64,000 nt of DNA from a virus (taxonomy: Duplodnaviria; Caudoviricetes): positions 2,080 through 66,079 of the IMG/VR virus record IMGVR_UViG_3300044816_000060; one strand, 5' to 3'. Shown here piece after piece: positions 36,905-45,549 of the stretch; the first letter of the stretch is position 1, and each line of letters begins with the position of its first letter. A program made the translations under genes and the position numbers. The notes under the pieces are model-generated. The model had not been told where the DNA came from. It did not search any database and saw only the letters and a program-made list of their open reading frames with translations.

Positions 36905-39090
36905 CCACCACCGAGCACGAGACCGGGCAGGCCACACCGGAGCCAGAACCCCGACCGATCCAGCCGGACCTGGATGCGCCGATCCTGCCCATGTGGGCGC
37001 GGGACAAGGACACCTTCACCTCCACATCCCGGCAGCTACGCAAACGCACCGGCTACCGGGTGCGGAAGTTCCTGCTGCACCTCCCGGCCGTCGCGTTCTG
37101 GCTGCTCGGGATCTACCCGTGGCGCGGCCTGGCCCGCATCGTGGCGAAGCTGTCCCGTTACCTCTATGACTACGACTCCGCGATGGTGAGGCACGAGCAC
37201 GCCGGCCGCGTCGAAACCGCCGAGTACGTCCGCGCCCAGAACGTCCGCAAGGCCAACCTGAAAGCCCGGTGGATGGTCGCCGGCACCGTCACCCTGGTCG
37301 TGGTCGGCCCGCCGTTGGCGTGGACGTTCCCGTCGGTGCTGTCCGGGATCTGCGGTGTCGCTCTCGCCGTGTGGATCATCAAGCTCATTCCCGGGCGGTC
37401 CATGTGGGAGATCGTCGTAGCCGCCGCCGCGGGGATCGCCGTAGGAGTGTTCGGGCCGGACGCGCTCGCCCTGATCCCTCGCCCCCCCGGCTGGGCCGTC
37501 ACCGCCGTCCTGGGCGGCGGCTGGCTCGGGTTGGGGTTCCTCGGTCGCCCCGAAGGCAAGTCCCTCGTCAAGGGCACCACCATGGGCGAGGGCATCGTCA
37601 TGCCCCTCAAAGCCCCGATGGTGCGGGAGGCGCTGTGCCAGCTCGGGATCTCCGGCATGAAGGAACCCGACCAGATCCGGTTGCTCCAGGACGCCCACCG
37701 CTACGGGCCCGGAGTGCAGATGGACCTCGATCTGCCCGTGGCGGCCACGCAGGTGATGAAGAAACGCGAGGAACTGGCAGCCAAGCTCAAGCGTGAGCTC
37801 GGGTGCGTGTGGCCGTCGGTCGGCACTCGGCACGCCGCGCACCTCGCGCTGTATGTGTGCGACGAGCCGGTGGTGAGACAACGCCAACGTGACTGGCCGC
37901 TGGCGAAGGGTGGGCGGGTGGACATCTTCCAACCGGTCCCGTTCGTCACCGACCGGCGCGGCGAATGGGTCGACGTCACATTCGTCCCCTCATCGGTCGT
38001 GATCGGGGCTTTGCCGAGGATGGGCAAAACCTGGTTGCTGCGGCAGGCGTTACTGGCCGCTGGACTCGACCCACGGACACGGGTCTACGCCCTCGACGGG
38101 AAAGGCACCGGCGACCTCGCTCCGTGCCGGCTGTTCGCACACTTCCATTCCTCCGGTGAGGACCCGGAGGAGGTGGAAGAACGGGTGTTGCCGATGTTGC
38201 GGGGGCTCCAGGACGAACGCCGTCGTAGGGCTCGTTTCATCCGGGATCTACCGCGCGAGGAAGCCCCCGAGTCGAAAGTTACGTCGGAACTGGTGGACCG
38301 TTACCCGCACCTGGCGCCGATCGTCCTCGGAGTCGACGAGAGCCAAACTTACTTCGGTTACGGCATGCCGAAGAACCGGGCGCACAAGGCGGTGCGTGAC
38401 GAGATCATCGCCCTTGTAACGGACCTGGTGAAGCTGGGTCCAGCGCTTGGGTTCGTAACGATCCTGGCAACGCAGAACGTGTGCGAGGAAACGATCCCCC
38501 GCCAGATCGGCACGAACGCCGCGATCCGTTTCGCGTTGAAGTTGTTCGACCACGTAACGAACGACCAGGTGATGGGCACCGGCGCCTACAGCAAGGGTGT
38601 CGATGCAACGGTGTTCGATATCGATGACAAGGGCATCGCGGTGATGCGCGCCGACGGCAGCCAGCCGCAAGTGGTCCGTTCGGTCGCCGGCTTGGACGCG
38701 ATCCGCTCGGAGCGGATCGCCGAGCGGGCACGGGCGCTGCGGCTTTCCCTGGGCAGGTTGACCGGCGAGGCTGCCGACCAAGTCATGGACGACGAGGCCC
38801 GCCAGGTGGTGCTGCTCGACGACGTCCGGGAAGTGTTCGGGCAGGTCGACGCGATGCACCTGTCCGACCTCGTTGCCGGGTTGGCCGAGGTGCGACCGGA
38901 GCTGTACGGGCACCTGGATGTGTTCAGCCTGGGGAAGTTGCTGCGTTCGGCAGGCGTGAAGGTCGACAACGTGCACGTGGCCGGGAAGCCGCGGGAGGAG
39001 TCGTCTCGGAAGGGTGTGAAGCGGGAGTGGCTGGACGTGTCCGCGACGGAGACCATCGGGGAACCGGACGACGAGGCGGAGGAAGGGTGA
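36901..39090 (+). CDS. FtsK/SpoIIIE-family (TraB-like) DNA translocase
   Basis: N-terminal TM segments; GALPRMGKT; LGVDESQ; GPALG..TILATQ; winged-helix-like C-terminus. Confidence 0.9.
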   Translation: MTTTEHETGQATPEPEPRPIQPDLDAPILPMWARDKDTFTSTSRQLRKRTGYRVRKFLLHLPAVAFWLLGIYPWRGLARIVAKLSRYLYDYDSAMVRHEHAGRVETAEYVRAQNVRKANLKARWMVAGTVTLVVVGPPLAWTFPSVLSGICGVALAVWIIKLIPGRSMWEIVVAAAAGIAVGVFGPDALALIPRPPGWAVTAVLGGGWLGLGFLGRPEGKSLVKGTTMGEGIVMPLKAPMVREALCQLGISGMKEPDQIRLLQDAHRYGPGVQMDLDLPVAATQVMKKREELAAKLKRELGCVWPSVGTRHAAHLALYVCDEPVVRQRQRDWPLAKGGRVDIFQPVPFVTDRRGEWVDVTFVPSSVVIGALPRMGKTWLLRQALLAAGLDPRTRVYALDGKGTGDLAPCRLFAHFHSSGEDPEEVEERVLPMLRGLQDERRRRARFIRDLPREEAPESKVTSELVDRYPHLAPIVLGVDESQTYFGYGMPKNRAHKAVRDEIIALVTDLVKLGPALGFVTILATQNVCEETIPRQIGTNAAIRFALKLFDHVTNDQVMGTGAYSKGVDATVFDIDDKGIAVMRADGSQPQVVRSVAGLDAIRSERIAERARALRLSLGRLTGEAADQVMDDEARQVVLLDDVREVFGQVDAMHLSDLVAGLAEVRPELYGHLDVFSLGKLLRSAGVKVDNVHVAGKPREESSRKGVKREWLDVSATETIGEPDDEAEEG

Positions 39091-39250
39091 CCCCGAAAAC
39101 GGGCGCGACCTGCGCTTTCTTACTCCCGGAATTCGAGCCCTTTCGAACATATAGCGGTTTGAATTCGCCGTTTCCGCAGGTCAGCGCTTCCGGAAGGTGC
39201 TTCCTGACGCGGAAGCACTGGAAGGCATCCGAGCTGCACAAATACCCGAA

Positions 39251-39278
39251 ATTCGGCATAAGCACCAATATGTACAAA
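39251..39278 (+). other. dif-like recombination site
   Basis: ATTCGGCATAA-GCACCA-ATATGTACAAA, 11-6-11 layout, 11 bp before recombinase ATG. Confidence 0.65.
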
Positions 39279-39289
39279 GGATTTGCGCG

Positions 39290-40228
39290 ATGAATGAGCT
39301 GGTTTCGACGCTCCCCCGCCCGGTCATCCACGCCGTCACGCCGGCCCTGGGGTTGGACCGGGACGAGATCCGGGACAAGTGGCTTCAGGCGAAGTTCCTG
39401 CTGTCAGGCAGCCACAACACCGTGGCCGCCTACCGCCGCGACATCGCGCTCTACTTCGCCTGGTGCGACCAGCAGCGCCTGCTGGTGTTCGAGGTGTTCG
39501 CCCCGGACGTCGAGACCTACGTGGTGGCGCTCAAGGCGAGCGGTCGGGTCGAGACGACCCTGTCCCGGATGTTGACTTCGGTGTCGTCGTTCTACATCTA
39601 CGCGGCGCGGCACACGGCCGGTGCTGTGGTCAACCCGGTGGTGCTGGTAACGCGGCCGAGGGTCAGCGTGGACTCCCCAACGCTGGGCCTGTCACGGGAT
39701 GAGTTGGGTGCACTGTTACGGGCCGCTCAGGGACGCGGGGGGCGTGACCACGCCATGCTGTCGGTGTTGGCCGGGACCGCGGTCCGCGTTACTGAGCTGT
39801 GCCGGGCCGACACGTGGGACGTGACAACAGCGTCCGGGCGTGACGTCCTGCGGGTGACTCGGAAGGGCGGGAAACACGGCGTGGTGCGGATGCCGGCCGA
39901 AACGGTCCGCGCGGTACGCGCCTACACCGGCGACCGCAACGGCCCACTGTTCCTGCTCAACAACGGCAGGCGGATGACTCGGCGGGCGGTGGCCTACTAC
40001 CTTGAGCTGTGCGCCATCGAGGCCAAGCTCGGGAAACGGATCTCGCCGCACTCACTGCGGCACACAGCGGCAACGTTGACATTGAACGAGGGAGCCAGCT
40101 TGCGTGACGTCCAGCTGCTGATGGGTCACGCTCGACCGGATACCACGGCCCGCTACGACCGGGAGCGGCGCGAGCTGGAGAACCCGGCGGCGGACGCGCT
40201 CGCTGAGGTGCTGGCAGGTGTGGCGTGA
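39290..40228 (+). CDS. XerC/D-like tyrosine recombinase
   Basis: NTVAAYRRD; TAVRVTEL; RKGGK; PHSLRH; MGH...TT.RY. Confidence 0.9.
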   Translation: MNELVSTLPRPVIHAVTPALGLDRDEIRDKWLQAKFLLSGSHNTVAAYRRDIALYFAWCDQQRLLVFEVFAPDVETYVVALKASGRVETTLSRMLTSVSSFYIYAARHTAGAVVNPVVLVTRPRVSVDSPTLGLSRDELGALLRAAQGRGGRDHAMLSVLAGTAVRVTELCRADTWDVTTASGRDVLRVTRKGGKHGVVRMPAETVRAVRAYTGDRNGPLFLLNNGRRMTRRAVAYYLELCAIEAKLGKRISPHSLRHTAATLTLNEGASLRDVQLLMGHARPDTTARYDRERRELENPAADALAEVLAGVA

Positions 40229-40698
40229 GTCCCCTCGTTCCTGCCCTGACCCTGCTCCTAGCGGCCTGCGCCACACCAGCGGCTGGCCCGGTGACGGATG
40301 CGGTAGTGGTCCGGGTGGTGGACGGTGACACCGTAGCCCTGACCGGCGGGGAGAAGATCAGGATCCGCGGTTTGGACACCCCCGAAACCAGGAAGCCCGG
40401 CGTACCGGTGCAGTGTTTCGGCCCGGAGGCCACCGCCTACGCCCGCCAGCAGCTACTGGGTCGGCGGGTGCGGCTGGTGACCGACCCGGGTGACCTACGG
40501 GACCGGTACGGGAGGCTGGTGGCAGAAGTGTGGGTCGACGGCCGGTCGTACGCCGAGGATGCTGTACGCGCTGGCGAGGGCCGCGCCTATCTGTACAGCC
40601 GGAGGCATCCGGCGAGCAACTGGGCTGATATCGAGGCCGCGCAACGCGAGGCCCAGGCGGGGCACAAAGGTTTGTGGGGAGCGTGTCCGACACGTTGA
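40225..40698 (+). CDS. thermonuclease (SNase) lipoprotein
   Basis: LAAC lipobox; VVDGDT, RIRGLDTPE, DRYGRLVA, KGLWG. Confidence 0.9.
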   Translation: MSPLVPALTLLLAACATPAAGPVTDAVVVRVVDGDTVALTGGEKIRIRGLDTPETRKPGVPVQCFGPEATAYARQQLLGRRVRLVTDPGDLRDRYGRLVAEVWVDGRSYAEDAVRAGEGRAYLYSRRHPASNWADIEAAQREAQAGHKGLWGACPTR

Positions 40699-40758
40699 AC
40701 GACGAAAGGTGGCCCCCGACCCCACCGCGAGCGGGTAGCTCGAGGTAGGCCGGGGGCC
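40699..40758 (-). terminator. intrinsic terminator at convergent junction
   Basis: ggcccccg...cgggggcc stem followed by ACCTTTCGTCGTT on minus strand. Confidence 0.6.
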
Positions 40759-40825
40759 GGGGTGCCGACGCCGGGGCGCCTTGTCGGGGTCGCGCCGGGC
40801 GTCGGCGGTTTCTGTCGGGGTCAGG

Positions 40826-42856
40826 TCATAGGGTGGTGGACTTGTCGCCTGGCATGAGTAGCTCGGGGATCTGGGTGAACTTCCAGGTCTTGCCGTCGTC
40901 GGAGGTGAACACCCAGAACACGTCGAACCTGCTGGACGGCCACGACTTCGGCATGGACGGGCTGATCTTCCCGAGGCCTTTGCAGGTGTCGATGATGGCG
41001 CTGTGCTCTAAGCACACCATGGTGACGTCGAGCCGCGCGGCCAGCCACGGGCCGAGGACCTTGTAGTCACGTTCGGCGTCGTAGCGAAGGTTCAGCGGCA
41101 GGTGTCCCCGGTCAGCCAGGGGCTGCATGGTCTGTCGGGGCCGTTCGGACGGGGTGCCGCCTTTGGATGCGATCAACCGGTCGGGGTGCCACAGCCCGGC
41201 CGGGAGCTGGCCGCTGGTGAACAGGTCGGCGAGTGCTTCGGCGCGAGCTCGGCCGGCGGCGTTGAGGGTGTGGTCGCTGGCGTCGGACGGCTTCTCCGCG
41301 TGGCGCAACACGATCACGACGCGCTTCGGGCGGGACGGGGTCGGGGCGGGCGCGGGGGCCGGCTGCCCGCTGCCGGCGGTGACCGGGACTCCGACCGAGC
41401 CGTACCCGGGGCCAACGACGTTGTCGTCTAGGAAGGTCACCCCGGTCGACGCGGCGGTCACCTCGAGGACGTGGTCCGAGGAGCCGACGAACCGGTTCCG
41501 GGTGATGACGAAGTCCTGCACACCGTCCAGCTTGATGGCCTGGTTCCAGCTGTCGCCGATCTCGTTGTCGGCGATGAGCCAGCCGCTGGGCTTGCCGGTG
41601 CCGCCGGTGTTGCCGCCCTGGCCGGCGCCTTCGACCATCAGGAACTGGTGGATGCTGGGGATCTTGGGGTCGCGCTTCGGGTTGGCCGGGCCGGTCGCCT
41701 TGTTGCCGACGATCTCCCAGTCCTTGCCGGCCTTCGGGTGCGAGGCGCTCACCCAGTGCTGGATGAAATCCGTGTGGGAGCCGCCCGGATCGTCGGTGAC
41801 GAAGTTGACCGCCGAGTTGTAGCGGAGCTTGGCCCGCTGCCCGAACCCGGTGATGGCGTTCAGGTCCCCATCGCCTGAGGGCTTGACCCCGGCGAGGTCG
41901 TTGTTCTGGATCGTGACGTCGTCGCCGTCGAACATCACGCTGTACTGGTTGAGTGCGGCGACCCGGTAGTTCTGCACGGTCACCCCGGACGCTTTGACCG
42001 TGACGTGGCCGCAGGTGTGCCCGCCACCGTCGTACACCCCCGGCTTGGTGATGGTGAGCGGCGCGATGGTGTCGGCGGTTGCGAGGACCGCCCCGGGCGG
42101 GGTGGCGATCCCACCGACACCGAGGGTCTGGGCGGGGGGCGGGACTGGAGCGGGCGTGCCCGGTGCGATGAGTGGGCCCGGATAGGCACCCAGTCCCGAG
42201 CGGACGTTGCGGGCAAGAATCTCCCCGTACTCACTGGCCGCGTCCGTCTTGGCGTTCGACTGGAGATAGTTCAGCAGCTTCGCGTACGTCTTGCTCGACT
42301 GCGGCATCTTCGCCGTCGTCAGGATCGGCACGCCGTCTCGATAGATCGTCGGCATGCCCTTGACGATCCCGAGCGCGAGCACGAACGCCTTGTTCAGCGC
42401 GTGCGGGACGAGCGGTTGCCCTTTCGCACTGCCTCCGACGCGCTGGGTGAGCTCGTAGCCGCCCGAGGTGTTGCGCTGGTAGATGACCTCAAGTAGGTCG
42501 TTCCTATCGTCGTGCAGCTGCAGCACGCACATCTGCGGCTTCTTCGCCGGGAGCCGGGTCGGCATCAGCTCGTACTCGAACCAGCAGTCCAGGGTCTTCG
42601 AGTCCCAGGCGGCCTCGTCGCTGCTGCCCGGCTTCATCTGCCGCAACTCGCAGCGGGGGTAGGTGCTGCCGCTGGTCGTTCCGGCGTTCACTGACACCCG
42701 GACCTGGGCCCAGTCGCCCGCGACGGTGAACCACGGGGCGAGCTCGAACTTGGCCAGGTCTGAGGGCCGGACCTCCTGGATGCCCGATTTGCCTGGAACG
42801 CCCAGTTGCAGTTTCCATCCGCCGGTGATGCCGAGGACGTCAGCGGGCTTCGGCAC
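40826..42856 (-). CDS. PL7-like lyase, beta-helix and histidine phosphatase fusion
   Basis: TTSGS.YPRCELRQ, QLHD, Y.K..NYLQ; HTDFIQ beta-helix region; VLRHAEKP. Confidence 0.8.
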   Translation of the reverse strand: MPKPADVLGITGGWKLQLGVPGKSGIQEVRPSDLAKFELAPWFTVAGDWAQVRVSVNAGTTSGSTYPRCELRQMKPGSSDEAAWDSKTLDCWFEYELMPTRLPAKKPQMCVLQLHDDRNDLLEVIYQRNTSGGYELTQRVGGSAKGQPLVPHALNKAFVLALGIVKGMPTIYRDGVPILTTAKMPQSSKTYAKLLNYLQSNAKTDAASEYGEILARNVRSGLGAYPGPLIAPGTPAPVPPPAQTLGVGGIATPPGAVLATADTIAPLTITKPGVYDGGGHTCGHVTVKASGVTVQNYRVAALNQYSVMFDGDDVTIQNNDLAGVKPSGDGDLNAITGFGQRAKLRYNSAVNFVTDDPGGSHTDFIQHWVSASHPKAGKDWEIVGNKATGPANPKRDPKIPSIHQFLMVEGAGQGGNTGGTGKPSGWLIADNEIGDSWNQAIKLDGVQDFVITRNRFVGSSDHVLEVTAASTGVTFLDDNVVGPGYGSVGVPVTAGSGQPAPAPAPTPSRPKRVVIVLRHAEKPSDASDHTLNAAGRARAEALADLFTSGQLPAGLWHPDRLIASKGGTPSERPRQTMQPLADRGHLPLNLRYDAERDYKVLGPWLAARLDVTMVCLEHSAIIDTCKGLGKISPSMPKSWPSSRFDVFWVFTSDDGKTWKFTQIPELLMPGDKSTTL

Positions 42857-42866
42857 GGGGGGCTCC

Positions 42867-43535
42867 CTACAAGCTCAGGTGGAGTTGCTCCGAGATCGGC
42901 GAGTCGGTGGCGACGCGCTGGGTGGGCAGCAGGACTACTGCGCGTTTCATTGCGGCCAGTTCGCGCTTACGCGCGTTGATCTTCTCGCGCTTCGCGGCGA
43001 CCAACATCCGCTTGCACGGGACGCACTGGCGACCGCCGGTCTGCTTGATGATGTAGACGTTCTCCGGCGACAACTCGTGGCCGCGAATGCAGAACTGCTT
43101 GCGCCAAGGTCGGGATGTCAGGTTGTCGGACCTGGTCATCGGCTTAAGGTGGGCCGGGTTGACGCACTGGCGGTGTGTGCAGATGCGCCAGTCTTGGCAG
43201 CTCAGGTCCTGGTCGTGGCACAGGTGGCCGACGTCGTGGCCTTCGGGGACCGGTCCGATGAAGTACTCGTATGAGCGGACGTGGGCGTTCGTGTGCCTGC
43301 CCGTCACGCCGTAGCGGCTCTGGTTGACGAACCCCGGCCACGGCCAGCACCCGTTCTCGTCGGGTACGACCCTGGCAAGGTGCTCCTCGAATGACAAGTT
43401 GCGCTTCGGGAGCTCGCCGAGCGTTCCCCAGCGACGCCGGCTACACCAGCAGTTATGGCACAAGCCTCGGCCGCCTCGGCCCTTGAGTCTGCTGCGAGGT
43501 AGTCCGCAGTCCAAGCACGGGTTATCGTTCGGCAT
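42867..43535 (-). CDS. HNH endonuclease
   Basis: GCWPWPG..YG..AH..SYE...GHLCH...CVNPAHL; CxxGH Zn tail. Confidence 0.9.
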   Translation of the reverse strand: MPNDNPCLDCGLPRSRLKGRGGRGLCHNCWCSRRRWGTLGELPKRNLSFEEHLARVVPDENGCWPWPGFVNQSRYGVTGRHTNAHVRSYEYFIGPVPEGHDVGHLCHDQDLSCQDWRICTHRQCVNPAHLKPMTRSDNLTSRPWRKQFCIRGHELSPENVYIIKQTGGRQCVPCKRMLVAAKREKINARKRELAAMKRAVVLLPTQRVATDSPISEQLHLSL

Positions 43536-43566
43536 GTCGGTCTCCTGGTGAAGTCAGGTGCTCCGG

Positions 43567-43688
43567 CAGCTCAGGGGGTGTGTCCAGCACCCTCTGAGCC
43601 CTTAACTCTTATTATCCCAGCTCAGATCAGGTTTCGCGCGTCACTGGGCGATCAGTACAACCGCTTGTCGCGGATCTTGGTCAGCCAC
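43567..43688 (-). promoter_or_regulatory. conserved structured HNH-upstream element, copy A
   Basis: Colinear with 44844-44970; 12-bp hairpin at 43569-43599. Confidence 0.75.
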
Positions 43689-43898
43689 GCTTCACCCTCG
43701 CCGTCGATCATCGGACGCGTTCGATCTGGGCGAACATGGCCGACCCGTCGGGGAAGGTGACGCGCCGGAACGTGGCGTCGGCTGAGCGGGCGAACGCCAG
43801 GTGCACCGTGTAGTCCGGCCGGGGTGCCTCCTCGGACCAGGACAGGCCGGGGGGCAGATCATCCGCCTCGACGTGCTTGCACCGCCAGGACAGCATGG

Positions 43899-44054
43899 TC
43901 AGTACCAGTGGTTGCGGCCGCCGAGCGGGCGACCCGAGGCGCCGAGCGCCCAGAGGATCACGCCCACGACGAGAAGGAGAACGCCGATCTGATAGAGCAG
44001 GGAGATCCCCAGAAGGGCGCCGAGGACGATCAACAACACACCTAGCAAGATCAT
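43899..44054 (-). CDS. DUF6131-like small membrane protein
   Basis: MILLGVLLIVLG...LGASGRPLGGRNHWY; ATGA-coupled to HNH stop. Confidence 0.7.
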   Translation of the reverse strand: MILLGVLLIVLGALLGISLLYQIGVLLLVVGVILWALGASGRPLGGRNHWY

Positions 44055-44815
44055 AATTTGTCCCTGACTTTCAACTCGCGCTTGATGCGGCTAATCCGTT
44101 CCCGGCCCACTCCGAAGCGGGCTCCGATCTCATCCTGTTTCAGGCCTCCTGTAAGCAGGTCCCCTATTGCGCTCACCTGCTCGGCGGTCAGCCTGACTGG
44201 CGGCTGACGCCGATTCGGGATCTTGATTCGCGCCATGATCAGGCGGTACTGCTCGTCGGCGACCGCATCGAAGTCGAATGGCGCACTCTCGTCGGGCCTG
44301 TTTTTGCGAATGTTGAATGCGTAGAGGCAGGCCAGGCACCGGCGGTGACCGTCAGGGTTATTACGAAGGTTCGGCGGGATGAGCCGATGGCTACGAGGGC
44401 AGCACGAGATTCGAGTCTTGCAGTGCGTGCCGTGCTGGACGGAATCCAGCTTGTTCGCAGAGGGGGTGTCCCAACGGAGGTTCGACAGCCGGTTGTCGGT
44501 CCCGTCGCCGTTGCTGTGGCAACCCTCCATGCCGGGAGGCCGAGGCCCCGCGAAGGTTTCCAGGACGAGCTGGTGGACGTAGCGGGTACGCGCCACTCCG
44601 TCCCTGGAGAGCTGGATCTTCATGTGCCCCACCGAGGTGGCGCTCTTCCCGGCTAGGGACTGCCGCATCATCACGCCGGCGCATCGCCGTTCGACCCCGT
44701 TCCGCATCATCACTATGCGGTCGATACTGCGGACGTGGCCTTGATCGGACACCTCGTAGAGACCTTCCCACCCGGGAAGGGCCCGCCAGCGCGCGCACGG
44801 GATAGTCTCAGCCAT
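44051..44815 (-). CDS. NUMOD4-HNH endonuclease with C-terminal HTH
   Basis: WR.LPG.EGLYEVSDQG.VRS; VHQLVLETF.G; CH.NG...DNRL.NLRW. Confidence 0.9.
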   Translation of the reverse strand: MAETIPCARWRALPGWEGLYEVSDQGHVRSIDRIVMMRNGVERRCAGVMMRQSLAGKSATSVGHMKIQLSRDGVARTRYVHQLVLETFAGPRPPGMEGCHSNGDGTDNRLSNLRWDTPSANKLDSVQHGTHCKTRISCCPRSHRLIPPNLRNNPDGHRRCLACLYAFNIRKNRPDESAPFDFDAVADEQYRLIMARIKIPNRRQPPVRLTAEQVSAIGDLLTGGLKQDEIGARFGVGRERISRIKRELKVRDKL

Positions 44816-44843
44816 GTCAGCCTGCTTCCATCAGGTTGGCGTT

Positions 44844-44970
44844 CAGCTCGGGCGGTGCTACCAACACCGTCCGAGCCCTTACTTGTTATTCTCCCAGGTC
44901 AGACGTGGTTTCGCCTGTCATTCGGCGATCAGTGAGCGCCGCTTATCGCGATCTTGAAGCGGTCAGCCAC
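44844..44970 (-). promoter_or_regulatory. conserved structured HNH-upstream element, copy B
   Basis: Colinear with 43567-43688; 12-bp hairpin at 44846-44876. Confidence 0.75.
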
Positions 44971-45313
44971 CGACCCGGTCGAGCGGCCCGAACGCGGCCG
45001 GAGCGACGACCTGGGTCCTCAGGTACCAGGCGACGGCGGACTCGACGAGGACCATCGATCCGGCCTGGATCTCGGGTGACACCTGGAATCGCCACGCCAG
45101 CGCCAGCGCGATCAGCGCCTTGAGCAGTCCGGCCACGAACGGCGCGGCCTTCTCGGCGGACACGGCGGCGGCGGTGGCGAACCCGAACGCGGCGGTGAGC
45201 GCGGCGATGAGGGCGCCGTTCTGCTCGCCGGTCAGGTGCAGGATGGGGGTCAGGAACACCAGCACGCCGGAGGCCAGCTGCAGCCACTGCGCGGGCTCAC
45301 GTTTGAAGAGCAT
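44963..45313 (-). CDS. holin
   Basis: FKREPA..., four TM segments, ...LRTQV; downstream of lysin. Confidence 0.75.
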   Translation of the reverse strand: MLFKREPAQWLQLASGVLVFLTPILHLTGEQNGALIAALTAAFGFATAAAVSAEKAAPFVAGLLKALIALALAWRFQVSPEIQAGSMVLVESAVAWYLRTQVVAPAAFGPLDRVGG

Positions 45314-45545
45314 GACATGTCCTCCAGAGGATGTGGCGGTGGATGTGGATGGCGAACGCGGTGGTCCCGGCGTAGCCGAGGGCGAGGATCGCCGGTAGGA
45401 CGTGCGGGATGCGGGAGATGTCGTCGGTGGCGGTCGGGTGGCAGCGGCGGGCGATCGCGCGGTGTTCCGCCACCGCGAACGCGGCCGCGTATCCGGTAGC
45501 GATGGACGGCCAGACCAAGTGGCCGAGCCTGCACGGTGGCCGCAC
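45297..45545 (-). CDS. small membrane protein
   Basis: Two hydrophobic segments in the lysis cassette. Confidence 0.55.
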   Translation of the reverse strand: MRPPCRLGHLVWPSIATGYAAAFAVAEHRAIARRCHPTATDDISRIPHVLPAILALGYAGTTAFAIHIHRHILWRTCHALQT

Positions 45546-45549
45546 CGGG

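Noticed and set aside
39091-39250. TraB clt locus
   Set aside because: Has short GGAAG/CTTCC and GACCTGCG inverted motifs but no clear array of 8-bp direct repeats.
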